A program made the translations under genes and the position numbers. The notes under the pieces were generated by a model. That model did not search any database. It saw nothing but the letters and a program-made list of their open reading frames with translations, and was not told the DNA's origin. Below are positions 50,861-60,857 of a stretch of 64,000 nucleotides of DNA, piece by piece. This stretch comes from Alphaproteobacteria bacterium. Lineage in GTDB: Bacteria > Pseudomonadota > Alphaproteobacteria > RF32 > CAG-239. Positions within the stretch are counted from its first letter, which is position 1; the number at the start of each line of letters is the position of its first letter. The stretch is from contig JAZNKG010000007.1 in the NCBI GenBank assembly GCA_045578445.1, forward strand, positions 9,838 through 73,837, in the 5' to 3' direction.

Positions 50861-51622
50861 TTATTGTTTACTAGCTTCGCCTATAGCCATAAAATCAGCT
50901 ACCTTTAAGCTTGCACCACCGATTAAACCACCATCTACATCTGGTAGAGCTAATAGTTCTTTTGCATTAGATGGTTTCATGCTACCGCCATACAATAAAC
51001 GCATTTTGTTTGCATTTGCACGACCTAGTTTTTTTGCAACAACTTTACGAATTGCTGAATGTACATCCTGCACATCTTGAGTTGTTGGTGTTTTGCCTGT
51101 ACCAATTGCCCATACTGGTTCATATGCGATAACAGTATTTTGATATGTTGATACAGCTGGTACAGAACCCATAATTTGGGCTGTACATACATCTATTGTT
51201 TTTCCAGCATCACGCTCTGCTTCTGTTTCACCAATGCAAATTATTACTTTTAGGCCAGCATTTATTGCTGCCTCTGCTTTTTTAGCAATTAATTCATTTG
51301 TTTCATGGTGATCTGTACGGCGTTCTGAGTGGCCAACTATTACATATTGACAGCCCAAATCTTTTAACATAACTGGGCTTATATCACCAGTATGAGCACC
51401 TTTTTCTGCAAAAGAACAATCTTGTGCACCAAGCATTAATCTAGAACCTTTAATTGCTTTTTTGGCACTAGTTAAGAGTGTAAATGGAGGACAAACCAAA
51501 AACTCACAATCTTTACGAGCTGCTTTTTTTACTTCTTGTGCAACACCTTTAGCTAAGGCAATACCGTCTTCTAGCAAACCATTCATTTTCCAGTTGCCGG
51601 CAATTAAAGTTTTTCTTACCAT
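50861..51622 (-). CDS. tpiA: triose-phosphate isomerase
   Basis: IAGNWKMNG, VGHSERR and AYEPVWAIGTG motifs. Confidence 0.96.
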   Translation of the reverse strand: MVRKTLIAGNWKMNGLLEDGIALAKGVAQEVKKAARKDCEFLVCPPFTLLTSAKKAIKGSRLMLGAQDCSFAEKGAHTGDISPVMLKDLGCQYVIVGHSERRTDHHETNELIAKKAEAAINAGLKVIICIGETEAERDAGKTIDVCTAQIMGSVPAVSTYQNTVIAYEPVWAIGTGKTPTTQDVQDVHSAIRKVVAKKLGRANANKMRLLYGGSMKPSNAKELLALPDVDGGLIGGASLKVADFMAIGEASKQ

Positions 51623-51817
51623 TTAAATATTCCTCATATTATTAAAAAAATTAACTTTCTTTGTTTTAGCACATGCTTTTTTATTTTCCAGCCAAAAATA
51701 AAGTTGTTTACAAGAAAATTTATTAAAAAAAGTGTTGAACATATTTATATAGGGATTGCATATTTTTTTTGACTTTTTATAATCTAGAACAATTAGGTTA
51801 TTTTTGGGGTAAAAAAA

Positions 51818-53698
51818 ATGATAAGTAAATTAGCAAAAGCGCAAGAAAATTGGTTATTTAAGTTAATCTTTATTGCTGTAGCAATAAGTTTTATTTCTTT
51901 ATTTGGTGTAACTGGGTATATTAATACTGCAGCACAAAATCAAGATGTGGTAAATGTTGGTGGTAAAAAAACATCTCAAAGTGAATTTTCTTATAGAGTA
52001 AATAAAGAACTTAATGCAATAAGAGGAATTGCTGGAGAAGACTTTGAAATTACTGATGAACTTAGCAACTCAATTACAGAAGGTGTTTTGCGTCAAATAA
52101 TTGAAGAGAGTGTATTAGACCAGACAATGAATCGTTTTAATGTAAATTTCCCAAAAGAATTTATAAGACAAGTTATTTTTTCTCAACCTGAATTTATCAA
52201 TCCATTAACAGGTCAATTTAGCAAAGAAGCTTATAATCGCTATTTATCTATTTCTGGATTATCTGAAGCTGGTTATTTAGAGATTATAAAAAGAGTTATG
52301 GCTCGTAAGTTATTGATTGATGACTTGGTTAAATCTTTTAATATCCCAAATGTGTTAACTAATGCCATTCATAAAATGGATAATCAACGTCGTTCATTTA
52401 AGTACGTATTAGTTTCTCCTGAAGATGTAAAAATTGAAAGACAAATATCTGATGATGAAGTTCAACAATATTTTGAAGATTTTGCAGAGACATTTATTAT
52501 CCCAGAAAGTCGTAATGCTGAAATTTTATATATTCCTGTTGATACTATTTTAAATAAATATGTAACTAGCGATGAAATGATTAGTGACTATTATAAAGCT
52601 AATAAATCTTCTTTTGATATGCCTGAAAAACGCGCTGTTTCACAAATGGTATTTATGAATGAAGAAGTTGCAAATAGTGCTTTGAATGAACTTAACGTTG
52701 GAAAAGGTTTTGCTGAAATTGCAAAAAATTTATCTGCTGAAAATCCTAATGATACAGACTTGGGGCTTGTTGCATTAAACGAACTTGCTGACGACCTTGC
52801 TGTTGTTTTTGATATGAATATTAATGAGCCTAAAGTTATTCAAGTTGCAGATACTTGGCAAGTTGTTATGGTTAAAGAAATTGTTCCTGCAAAAGAATCT
52901 GTTTTGGAGGAAGTTAAAGACGAAATTATTACTGAATTGAAAAATGAAAATATGTATGATGCAATTCGCGAAGCAAAAGCAGAAATTGATGATGCCATTA
53001 ATGCTGGTGATAGTTTAGAAAGCGTTGCATCTAAATTTGGTGTGCAAATCGAAAAAGTTGATAATATTCAAGAAAATGTTTTATCTAGTGATTTACCAGA
53101 AAATTTAAGTTCTTTAGGTAAAAACTTGGCTATTAATGAACTTGTATTTTCTTATGGTTTAGATGAAGTTACATCTGCAGAAGAATTTGATGATGCGATT
53201 GTTGTGGCAAAAATTACAGAAATTGTTGATGAACATATGCCAAATATTGCTGATGTAAAAGATAGAATCGTACAAATTTGGTTGGAGCAAGAAAAGAATG
53301 CATTAGCCAAAGAAATTGCTGAAGATATTGTTGCTGATGTTAATGATAACACACAAATCACTGATGCTGCTAAAGCTCGTAATTTAGAAGTGTTCCGCTC
53401 TGAACCTATTAGTAGAAATGATACTTTTGCAAACTTATTACCATCTGAAATTAATGATTTATTCTTAGCTAATGATGGTGAAGTTAAATTATTTGAGCGC
53501 ATTGGCAATAGTTTTATTATTGTAGTTCCTTTTGAAACTGTAAACTATAAAGATGAATTAACTGATGAAGTTGCTGAAGATATTAAGAATCGTGCTGAAG
53601 CATCTATCTTAAGTGATATGGCTAAGGCTATGCTTGATAGCTATGCTTCTGATTTTGAAATTAAAGTTGACTACAAACGTGCAGGATTTGCTGAATAA
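51818..53698 (+). CDS. ppiD: PpiD-like periplasmic chaperone / parvulin-type PPIase
   Basis: N-terminal membrane anchor, SurA-N-like domain and a degenerate parvulin segment, ~626 aa. Confidence 0.75.
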   Translation: MISKLAKAQENWLFKLIFIAVAISFISLFGVTGYINTAAQNQDVVNVGGKKTSQSEFSYRVNKELNAIRGIAGEDFEITDELSNSITEGVLRQIIEESVLDQTMNRFNVNFPKEFIRQVIFSQPEFINPLTGQFSKEAYNRYLSISGLSEAGYLEIIKRVMARKLLIDDLVKSFNIPNVLTNAIHKMDNQRRSFKYVLVSPEDVKIERQISDDEVQQYFEDFAETFIIPESRNAEILYIPVDTILNKYVTSDEMISDYYKANKSSFDMPEKRAVSQMVFMNEEVANSALNELNVGKGFAEIAKNLSAENPNDTDLGLVALNELADDLAVVFDMNINEPKVIQVADTWQVVMVKEIVPAKESVLEEVKDEIITELKNENMYDAIREAKAEIDDAINAGDSLESVASKFGVQIEKVDNIQENVLSSDLPENLSSLGKNLAINELVFSYGLDEVTSAEEFDDAIVVAKITEIVDEHMPNIADVKDRIVQIWLEQEKNALAKEIAEDIVADVNDNTQITDAAKARNLEVFRSEPISRNDTFANLLPSEINDLFLANDGEVKLFERIGNSFIIVVPFETVNYKDELTDEVAEDIKNRAEASILSDMAKAMLDSYASDFEIKVDYKRAGFAE

Positions 53699-54606
53699 TG
53701 AAAATTGTTTTTATGGGAACTCCTGACTTCTCTGTACCAGTATTAGAGAAGCTGATTGAAAAACATGATGTGGTTGCGGTTTATACTAGAGCACCTAAAG
53801 AAAGCGGGCGCGGAAAACGTATAAACAAGTCGCCTATTCACCTATTAGCTGAGAAAGCTGGAATTGAAGTTAGGACTCCTAAAACTTTAAGAAACATTGA
53901 TGAACAAAATATCTTGCGCGAATATAATGCTGATATTGCGATTGTTGCAGCATATGGACTTTTATTGCCTCAAGAAGTGCTTGATATGTTTCCTAAAGGA
54001 TGTGTAAATGTGCATGCTTCATTGTTACCGAGATGGAGAGGTGCAGCTCCTATACAAAGAGCTATTGAATATGGAGATAATGAAAGTGGTATATCTATTA
54101 TGCAAATGGCTTTAGAGCTAGATGCAGGAGATGTATTATCAAAAGAAGCTGTTAGCATTACCTCGTCTATGACGGGAGGAGATTTACACGATAAACTATC
54201 TGAAGTTGGAGCAAATCTTCTTATAAAAACATTAGAAAACTTTGATAACATTAGTAGAGAAAAACAAGACGAATCGCTTGTTACATATGCTGAAAAATTA
54301 GATAAGAAAGAATGCTTAATTAATTTTGATATAGAATCGCAAAGTTTGTGTAATAAAATTAGAGCATTTAATCCCTATCCTGCAATGTATTTTGTGTATA
54401 ACAATGAGCGCTTTAAAATTTTTGAGGCTGAAATTGTAGAAGAAAATGGAAAAGCAGGAGAAATTATTGAGGGTAACAGTGATTTAATTATTGCAACTAA
54501 AGAAAGAGCTATTAAAGTTACTAAAATCCAACGTGAAGGAAAACAAGCAATGAAAATTGACGAGTTATTACGTGGATTTAAGTTTGAAAAAGGTATTATT
54601 ATTTAA
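53698..54606 (+). CDS. fmt: methionyl-tRNA formyltransferase
   Basis: MKIVFMGTPDFSVP, NVHASLLPRWRGAAPIQRAI. The start overlaps the ppiD stop. Confidence 0.94.
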   Translation: MKIVFMGTPDFSVPVLEKLIEKHDVVAVYTRAPKESGRGKRINKSPIHLLAEKAGIEVRTPKTLRNIDEQNILREYNADIAIVAAYGLLLPQEVLDMFPKGCVNVHASLLPRWRGAAPIQRAIEYGDNESGISIMQMALELDAGDVLSKEAVSITSSMTGGDLHDKLSEVGANLLIKTLENFDNISREKQDESLVTYAEKLDKKECLINFDIESQSLCNKIRAFNPYPAMYFVYNNERFKIFEAEIVEENGKAGEIIEGNSDLIIATKERAIKVTKIQREGKQAMKIDELLRGFKFEKGIII

Positions 54607-54682
54607 AAATATGCAATATTGTCGTATTTTTTGCTTGATTATATAAAAATGTTGTATATACTCGCTTTCAATTGTTGTAACC

Positions 54683-54767
54683 GCGGACGTGGTGAAATTG
54701 GTAGACACGCTAGACTTAGGATCTAGTGACGAGAGTTGTGAGAGTTCGAGTCTCTCCGTCCGCACCA
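54683..54767 (+). tRNA. tRNA-Leu(UAG), CCA encoded
   Basis: Cloverleaf folded by hand: acceptor GCGGACG/CGTCCGC, anticodon stem CTAGA/TCTAG with loop CTTAGGA, long variable arm, T-arm GAGAG-TTCGAGT-CTCTC, then A-CCA. Confidence 0.92.
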
Positions 54768-54806
54768 TCTTTTTTAAGATGGTATTTTTTTTAGAAGAGA
54801 TATACA

Positions 54807-56135
54807 ATGGAAATTAAAGAAGTTAAATCTGAAGGCTTAAGCCGTGAATATAATGTTACAATTAAGGCAGCTGATTTTGATGTTGCTGTAGAAAATAAAT
54901 TAAAATCAATTAGTAAATCTGTTAGTATGGCTGGTTTTAGAGCTGGTAAAGTTCCTTTTGCTATGGTTAAGAAAAAATATCAAGCAAATGCTATGAGTGA
55001 AGCTTTGGATGATTCACTTCGTGATGGCGTAAATGAAGTTTTAAAAGAAAAAGATTTACGTCCTGTATTTACTCCAGATGTTGATTTGAAAAAATTTGAA
55101 GAAGGTAAAGATATTGAATTCACAGTTTCTATGGATATCATGCCTACAATTGAAGTTAAAGACTTATCAAAAGTTGAAGTTGAAAAATTAGTAGCTGAAG
55201 TTCCTAGTGAAGAAATTGAAAAAGCAATCAATTATATGGCAGAAAGTCACCGTGATAGCGCTAAGGTTGAGGAAGACCGTGAAACAAAAAAAGGCGATAT
55301 TGCTGTAATTGATTTTGTTGGTTCTATTGATGGTGTAGAATTTCCTGGAGGTAAAGGCGAAGCTTATCCTTTAGAGTTAGGTTCTAATTCATTTATTCCT
55401 GGCTATGAAGATCAATTAATTGGTAAAAAGGTTGGTGATGTTGTTGATGTAAAAGCAACTTTCCCTCAAGAATATCATGCTAAAGATTTGGCTGGAAAAG
55501 AAGCTTTGTTTGTTACAACTATTAAAGAAATTAGAGAAATTAAGAAAACTGAAATTAATGATGACTTTGCAAAATCTATGGGCGAAGAAAACTTGGATAA
55601 ATTAAAAGATACAGTTAAAGATAGAATCGCTAAAGATTATGAATATGCATCAAAAATGAAGTTAAAACGTGCTTTGTTAGATGTTTTAGATAAGGCTTAT
55701 AACTTTGATGTTCCTCAAAAGCTAGTTGATATGGAATATGAAGGAATCGTAAAACAATACGAAGCTGCTAAGAAAAATAATCAATTAGATGAAGACGAAA
55801 AAAGCAAAAAAGAAGAAGATTTATTAAAAGAATACAAAGAAATTGCTATTCGTAGAGTTAAACTTGGTTTATTATTAGCAGAAGTTGGTAATACAGCCAA
55901 AGTTGAAGTTAATCAAGAAGATATTAACAAGGCTATTATGAACGAAGCTCAACGCTATCCAATGCAAGCAAAAGCTATCTTTGATTTCTATTTGAAAAAT
56001 AAAGAAGCTGTTGAGCGCTTACGTACTTCAGTTTATGAAGAAAAAGTTATTGAGTATGTTCTTTCACAAGTTAAAACAACTGAAAAGACTGTTTCTGTTG
56101 AAGAATTATATAACTTTGATGAAAAGAAAGCTTAA
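54807..56135 (+). CDS. tig: trigger factor
   Basis: N-terminal GFR.GK.P ribosome-binding motif (MAGFRAGKVP), FKBP-like middle (GGKGEAYPLELGSNSFIPGYEDQLIG), 442 aa. Confidence 0.95.
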   Translation: MEIKEVKSEGLSREYNVTIKAADFDVAVENKLKSISKSVSMAGFRAGKVPFAMVKKKYQANAMSEALDDSLRDGVNEVLKEKDLRPVFTPDVDLKKFEEGKDIEFTVSMDIMPTIEVKDLSKVEVEKLVAEVPSEEIEKAINYMAESHRDSAKVEEDRETKKGDIAVIDFVGSIDGVEFPGGKGEAYPLELGSNSFIPGYEDQLIGKKVGDVVDVKATFPQEYHAKDLAGKEALFVTTIKEIREIKKTEINDDFAKSMGEENLDKLKDTVKDRIAKDYEYASKMKLKRALLDVLDKAYNFDVPQKLVDMEYEGIVKQYEAAKKNNQLDEDEKSKKEEDLLKEYKEIAIRRVKLGLLLAEVGNTAKVEVNQEDINKAIMNEAQRYPMQAKAIFDFYLKNKEAVERLRTSVYEEKVIEYVLSQVKTTEKTVSVEELYNFDEKKA

Positions 56136-56154
56136 TTGCTAATATATTTTAGTT

Positions 56155-56183
56155 AAGCCCTCTTGTTGAGGGCTTTTTTTTTT
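56155..56183 (+). terminator. rho-independent terminator
   Basis: AAGCCCTC-ttgtt-GAGGGCTT followed by T10. Confidence 0.8.
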
Positions 56184-56264
56184 ATAAAAAGCATTGACTT
56201 TATAAATAAAAATATATATTTTGACCAAGTTTTCTTTTATTATTCACTGTAAAATTATTATGTT

Positions 56265-56687
56265 ATGGAAAGAAACAAAGAAAAACGTGTTGTACTAGTC
56301 TATAGTGGATATAGACAAACTAAAGAAGAGCGTTTTGTTGTAACTTCTGAAATTGAAGGATGCGTAAAAGCTACAAGAAGCAAATGTATTTCTTTTTATT
56401 TTGAAAATGCTGAATACATTGAAGACAGAGGTGAAAGATTTTATGGTAAAACAGAACGTGAACCACAGACTTTCTATCTTGGAGCATCTCATGTTACTAT
56501 TTCGGAACTTGAACAGCTCGAGGAACGCAGCATCCACCACCGCAGACTTCTTCAGGAAGCAAAATACCATAAGTGGGAGCATATGCTTTACTGTGTAAGA
56601 GGTACATGTATGTGTCTGGTGGAATATGTGGAAGGTATAACACTCCCAGTTCATGATGACGGAACAATTGTGCAGAAATCTGCTTAA
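56265..56687 (+). CDS. hypothetical protein (locally GC-richer 3' half)
   Basis: 140-aa ORF followed by a perfect terminator. Competing long ORFs exist on the minus strand, but only the plus-strand ORF has a terminator in the right place. Confidence 0.5.
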   Translation: MERNKEKRVVLVYSGYRQTKEERFVVTSEIEGCVKATRSKCISFYFENAEYIEDRGERFYGKTEREPQTFYLGASHVTISELEQLEERSIHHRRLLQEAKYHKWEHMLYCVRGTCMCLVEYVEGITLPVHDDGTIVQKSA

Positions 56688-56702
56688 GTACGTTATGATT
56701 AA

Positions 56703-56727
56703 AAGTCGGTTTAACCGACTTTTTTTG
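56703..56727 (+). terminator. rho-independent terminator
   Basis: AAGTCGG-ttaa-CCGACTT followed by T6. Confidence 0.75.
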
Positions 56728-56789
56728 TTGCATTTTTTTACTTTTTTCATTAACTATATTACAGTTTTGTTTTTATATTAGAGGTGGTT

Positions 56790-57653
56790 ATGCGTGAAAT
56801 AATTATGGACATTTTAATCGGTTCGTTGCATGAAACTTTGATTTTATTTCCTTATTTATATCTAACGTACTTATTTATGGAAGTAATGGAGCATAAGTTA
56901 TCTCGTAGAAATTCTATTTATATAAGAAAGGCTGGACAATATGGACCTATTGTTGGAGGAATACTTGGCATTATACCTCAATGTGGCTTTTCGGTAGCTG
57001 GGGCAAATTTATATTCTACTGGATTGATTACACTTGGAACTTTAATGGCAGTATTTTTATCTACATCTGATGAAATGCTACCTTTGCTCATATCTAAAGG
57101 TATTGATTTTGGTACAATTTCTGGAATATTAATTATAAAAGTTCTTTTTGCAATTATAATTGGTTTTGCAATAGATAAATTTTTACCTGAGAAATTTATT
57201 AAGCATAAAAATGAAATAAATATTTCAGAATTTTGCAAACGCGAAAAATGCAATTGTGAACACAAAGAAAATGTTTTTGTTTCTGCTTTTAAGCATACTG
57301 ATAAAATTTGTATCTTTATATTTATTTTCTCGCTTATACTTAATACTGCGCTTACATTTGGTGGAAAAGAAATATTATTTGAGGCTTTAGTTAATATGCC
57401 AATTATAAGTAAATTTATGGCGTCTTTGATTGGATTAATTCCTAGTTGCTATCCATCTGTTTTGTTAACACAACTTTATGCAAGTGATGCGATTTCTGCA
57501 AGTACTCTTATTGCTGGAACACTTTCTAATGCAGGACTAGGCTATTTAGTTTTATATAGAGTAAATAAAAATGAACAAGAAAATGCGCGTATTTTAGCTC
57601 TATTGCTTGTTGTTGGTTTTGTGTGCGGAATTATTGCTGAGTTATTTATTTAA
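56790..57653 (+). CDS. polytopic membrane protein, putative 10-TM metal exporter (ArsP_2-like)
   Basis: Multiple TM helices; GIIPQCGFS and STSDEMLP motifs recalled from the ArsP_2-type family. SD GAGG before ATG 56790. Confidence 0.55.
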   Translation: MREIIMDILIGSLHETLILFPYLYLTYLFMEVMEHKLSRRNSIYIRKAGQYGPIVGGILGIIPQCGFSVAGANLYSTGLITLGTLMAVFLSTSDEMLPLLISKGIDFGTISGILIIKVLFAIIIGFAIDKFLPEKFIKHKNEINISEFCKREKCNCEHKENVFVSAFKHTDKICIFIFIFSLILNTALTFGGKEILFEALVNMPIISKFMASLIGLIPSCYPSVLLTQLYASDAISASTLIAGTLSNAGLGYLVLYRVNKNEQENARILALLLVVGFVCGIIAELFI

Positions 57654-58492
57654 TTTTCTTTGTAATTGTTACGCAATATAGCTATTTCTTTTGCATATCC
57701 GTCTAGCTCATTCGGAGTTTCTAGATTGATTGGAATTCCTTTTAGCGCTGGGTGATTTATAAATCGTATAAGCCCCTCTTCTCCTAATGAGCCTTTACCT
57801 AATTGCTCGTGCCTATCTTTGTGAGAATTAAATTCTGTTAAGCTATCATTCAAATGGATTGCATGAAGACGATTTAAACCTATCACTTTATCAAACTTTT
57901 CTATAACTTCATCTAAATGATTTATAATATCATAACCAGCAGAATATACGTGGCATGTATCCAAACATACACCAAGTCGGTTAGGAGCATTATCTTTTGT
58001 TTGAGAAATAATTTCTGCAAGCTCCTCAAATGTTGAACCTACTTCACTACCTTTTCCAGACATTGTTTCTAGTAATACAGTAGTATTTTTTGCTTCAACC
58101 ATTACCTCATCTAATATTTCTACAATTTGAGGAATCGCTATATCTATTCCCTGCCCTACATGTGATCCTGGATGAAAGTTATATAGGTTTCCTGGAATAT
58201 TTTCCATACGCTTTAGGTCGTCAGCAAAAACTAGGCGTGCAAATTCACGCGTTTTTTCATCCTTTGAGCATGGATTTAGTGTATAAGGTGCGTGTGCTAA
58301 TATTTTACCAAAATTGTGCTCTGATGCAATTTTTTTAAAGCTTAAAATATCATCTTTATTTATATCTTTTGCGGCACCTCCTCGTGGATTGCGTAAAAAG
58401 AACTGAAATGTATTTGCATTTATTGATATTGCAGTTTTTGCCATTGCGGTAAAACCTGCTGATGATGAAAGATGACAACCTAGGTATAACAT
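57650..58492 (-). CDS. nfo: endonuclease IV
   Basis: N-terminal GCHLS..G, FQFFLRNPRGG, HA.Y..N, later H..D..H/E metal ligands (CLDTCH, HLNDS), 280 aa. Confidence 0.9.
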   Translation of the reverse strand: MLYLGCHLSSSAGFTAMAKTAISINANTFQFFLRNPRGGAAKDINKDDILSFKKIASEHNFGKILAHAPYTLNPCSKDEKTREFARLVFADDLKRMENIPGNLYNFHPGSHVGQGIDIAIPQIVEILDEVMVEAKNTTVLLETMSGKGSEVGSTFEELAEIISQTKDNAPNRLGVCLDTCHVYSAGYDIINHLDEVIEKFDKVIGLNRLHAIHLNDSLTEFNSHKDRHEQLGKGSLGEEGLIRFINHPALKGIPINLETPNELDGYAKEIAILRNNYKEN

Positions 58493-58613
58493 TTTTATTT
58501 CCTTTCGCTATATACTATATCCTATATAAGAGAAATTTATAGTCAATTTTTTTGATGATATACTAGATTACTCTTGTAATATTTAGTTTTTGAGTTTAAT
58601 AGTACTGGTAATA

Positions 58614-58687
58614 ACGGAATGTAGTTCAGTCTGGTAGAGCGCTGTGTTCGGGACGCAGAAGTCGGAGGTTCGAATCCTCTCATTCCG
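58614..58687 (+). tRNA. tRNA-Pro(CGG), CCA not encoded
   Basis: Acceptor CGGAATG/CATTCCG, anticodon stem CTGTG/CGCAG with loop TTCGGGA, T-arm GGAGG-TTCGAAT-CCTCT, discriminator A, then AAG (no CCA). Confidence 0.9.
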
Positions 58688-58791
58688 AAAGACAAACCCT
58701 ACATGGGTGGTGGGGTTTTATTTTTTATATTTATTTAATAAATAGTATTATGTATCCCAAATTACAGAAGAAATACTTTTAGGAGAATTAT

Positions 58792-59982
58792 ATGAGAAAT
58801 CTTTTTTATTTTGTTTTTTGTATTTGTTTTATTGTTTTTGATGTTCAGGCTACCGAGATTAGTTTTTCTTCAACAAATGGCGTAACTCAAACAACAACAA
58901 AAGCTAAAAAAGCTATATTATATAATTTTTCAGATGATTTGATAAATGCTACTTCTAATTGCATCCCTTATTTTGAAGATTTTTCAAAATCTAATCCAGA
59001 TGTTAACAATTCAGGCAAAATGTTTGGAGGAGCAAAGGTAAAAGTGTTAATTGACATCAAGGGCATGGAAGGAGATTTTTGTAAATTTGATGTTACTCAT
59101 AATATATACGGAATTAGCAACACCAAACAAGTTTGTTCTGTAGATAAATTTGTATTAAACGAAATTATTGAAGCTATGAAAAATCGTTCAACAGAACTTG
59201 TTACAAAAACTTTTACTACTCAAAATAAAATGACTATTGACGGAATTACAAAACAGCGCCCACAACAAAATACAATGACTGATACTGTTTTTAATGTTAC
59301 TATGGCTGAAATATATGGTAATTATTGCGAACTCGAAATTTATGAACCTTCAGAACAAGAACAAAATGATGCAACTGAAAAAGCGATAGAATTTTCGGAT
59401 AGTTTTATCTCATCTTTGAATTCTTGCACTCAAGATAGAGAAGAATTGAGTTTTCTTATGTTTAGCCATCATTATGCTGAAATTATAGGAAAAAAAGATT
59501 ATTTATGTCATGTTAGGACTAATGATTTTGATTTTTATATTCCGGAAGACATAATTCCTACTTTAACTGATTTTCGCAAATTATATGAACTTGTATCTGA
59601 TAAAAATATTGCAACCTATAGAAAAATAGAAAACTATATGTTTGATAACATATACTCTTATGTTAACAAGTGCCAACATTCAAATTATACAACTTCTTCA
59701 TCCGGTGGTTTTGATGAGAATATTTATTCAGTTACGAGATCAATTTCTTCTTCTTACAAGAATAATGAATGTGCTTTGAAACTTAAAAACACATTAAAAA
59801 TAAAAGATGAAAAATTTGATTATAGTTTAATATGTACAATTTCCGATGAAGATAGAAATGCAATAATTTCTAAATATTCAGGTTTACTTAGTAATAATAC
59901 AGAAAAAGAAGAACTAATAAAAGTCGGAAAATTTATATTGAAGTCATTGTTGAAAAATAAATTATGTAAATTTGACAATTAA
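58792..59982 (+). CDS. secreted hypothetical protein
   Basis: Signal peptide MRNLFYFVFCICFIVFDVQA, SD AGGAGA and a terminator downstream. Confidence 0.6.
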   Translation: MRNLFYFVFCICFIVFDVQATEISFSSTNGVTQTTTKAKKAILYNFSDDLINATSNCIPYFEDFSKSNPDVNNSGKMFGGAKVKVLIDIKGMEGDFCKFDVTHNIYGISNTKQVCSVDKFVLNEIIEAMKNRSTELVTKTFTTQNKMTIDGITKQRPQQNTMTDTVFNVTMAEIYGNYCELEIYEPSEQEQNDATEKAIEFSDSFISSLNSCTQDREELSFLMFSHHYAEIIGKKDYLCHVRTNDFDFYIPEDIIPTLTDFRKLYELVSDKNIATYRKIENYMFDNIYSYVNKCQHSNYTTSSSGGFDENIYSVTRSISSSYKNNECALKLKNTLKIKDEKFDYSLICTISDEDRNAIISKYSGLLSNNTEKEELIKVGKFILKSLLKNKLCKFDN

Positions 59983-59992
59983 CTATGACAAA

Positions 59993-60026
59993 CAAAAAAA
60001 GAGGTTATTACAACCTCTTTTTTTAT
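59993..60026. terminator. bidirectional terminator
   Basis: A-run-AAGAGGTT-attac-AACCTCTT-T-run. Confidence 0.75.
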
Positions 60027-60845
60027 TTAATCTTTTTGATACTTCATTTCTTGCAGTATTCTATAATTTATATTTTCTTTATGACCCTTTAGCCAATCTT
60101 GTAAGATTTTAGATAGAGCGATTTCACTTTCTGGTGTACTAAATGTATGGTCACAATCTTTAATTTCTACACTTTTATGATTGGATTTAAGGTTATTTAT
60201 AAAATCTTTTGTATATTTAGTGGGTGCAGTTATATCTTTATCACCTGTTATCATTAAAACATCAGCAGTTATTTGATTAGCATTTTGTACTAAGTTATGA
60301 TTTTTTATGCTATAAACTGCGTTTATTGACAATATATCTTTATCTTCTGGGTTGAAAAAATTATATCTATTAATAAAACCATTCTTTTCAAATTCTGCAT
60401 AATTATCTGGGCGATTTTCTTTAAATGCTTTTTCCCATTCAAATGGTGGAGTTAACAATATTAACTGTTCAATTTCTTCTCCTTTTTGTTGGGCAATAAT
60501 TGTAGAAGCTAGAGCGCCCATTGAATGACCAACTAATGTGTATGGACTACTGTAAAAACTTTCATTTTTCGCCCAGTCTATAACTGTTTTAAAATCTTCT
60601 ATGAAACTATCTAATGTAGCCTTTTCCATTCCCCTTTGGCTTTTTCCAAAATTGTATCTAAAGTCTATATTTATGACTGTATATCCATTTTCCAATAAAG
60701 ATTTTGCGCTTATCTCCATTGCTTTTTCTTCTTTTGATGAAGTAATACCGTGACCGATAAATGCAACTTTATTTGATGAATGTTTAGGTGATAAAATTTC
60801 AATACATATATTTTCACCTTGTTTATTTTGTATAAATTTTTCCAT
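60027..60845 (-). CDS. alpha/beta-fold hydrolase
   Basis: GHG oxyanion region (IGHGITS), nucleophile elbow GHSMGA, late D and H (DCDHTF). Confidence 0.8.
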   Translation of the reverse strand: MEKFIQNKQGENICIEILSPKHSSNKVAFIGHGITSSKEEKAMEISAKSLLENGYTVINIDFRYNFGKSQRGMEKATLDSFIEDFKTVIDWAKNESFYSSPYTLVGHSMGALASTIIAQQKGEEIEQLILLTPPFEWEKAFKENRPDNYAEFEKNGFINRYNFFNPEDKDILSINAVYSIKNHNLVQNANQITADVLMITGDKDITAPTKYTKDFINNLKSNHKSVEIKDCDHTFSTPESEIALSKILQDWLKGHKENINYRILQEMKYQKD

Positions 60846-60857
60846 TTTTATATTTCC

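Noticed and set aside
54568-54807. 79-aa minus-strand ORF between fmt and tig.
   Set aside because: It runs straight through the tRNA-Leu gene on the opposite strand, so it is a spurious ORF.
56295-56750. Minus-strand ORFs of 151 and 78 aa overlapping the 140-aa plus-strand ORF.
   Set aside because: The terminator at 56703-56727 and the promoter-like element fit the plus strand. The minus-strand ORFs would start inside or beyond that terminator. This remains unresolved without expression data.
58614-59982. Genomic island integrated at tRNA-Pro.
   Set aside because: There is no integrase, no direct repeat of the tRNA 3' end, and no compositional break that I can see downstream. Only a secreted hypothetical gene follows.
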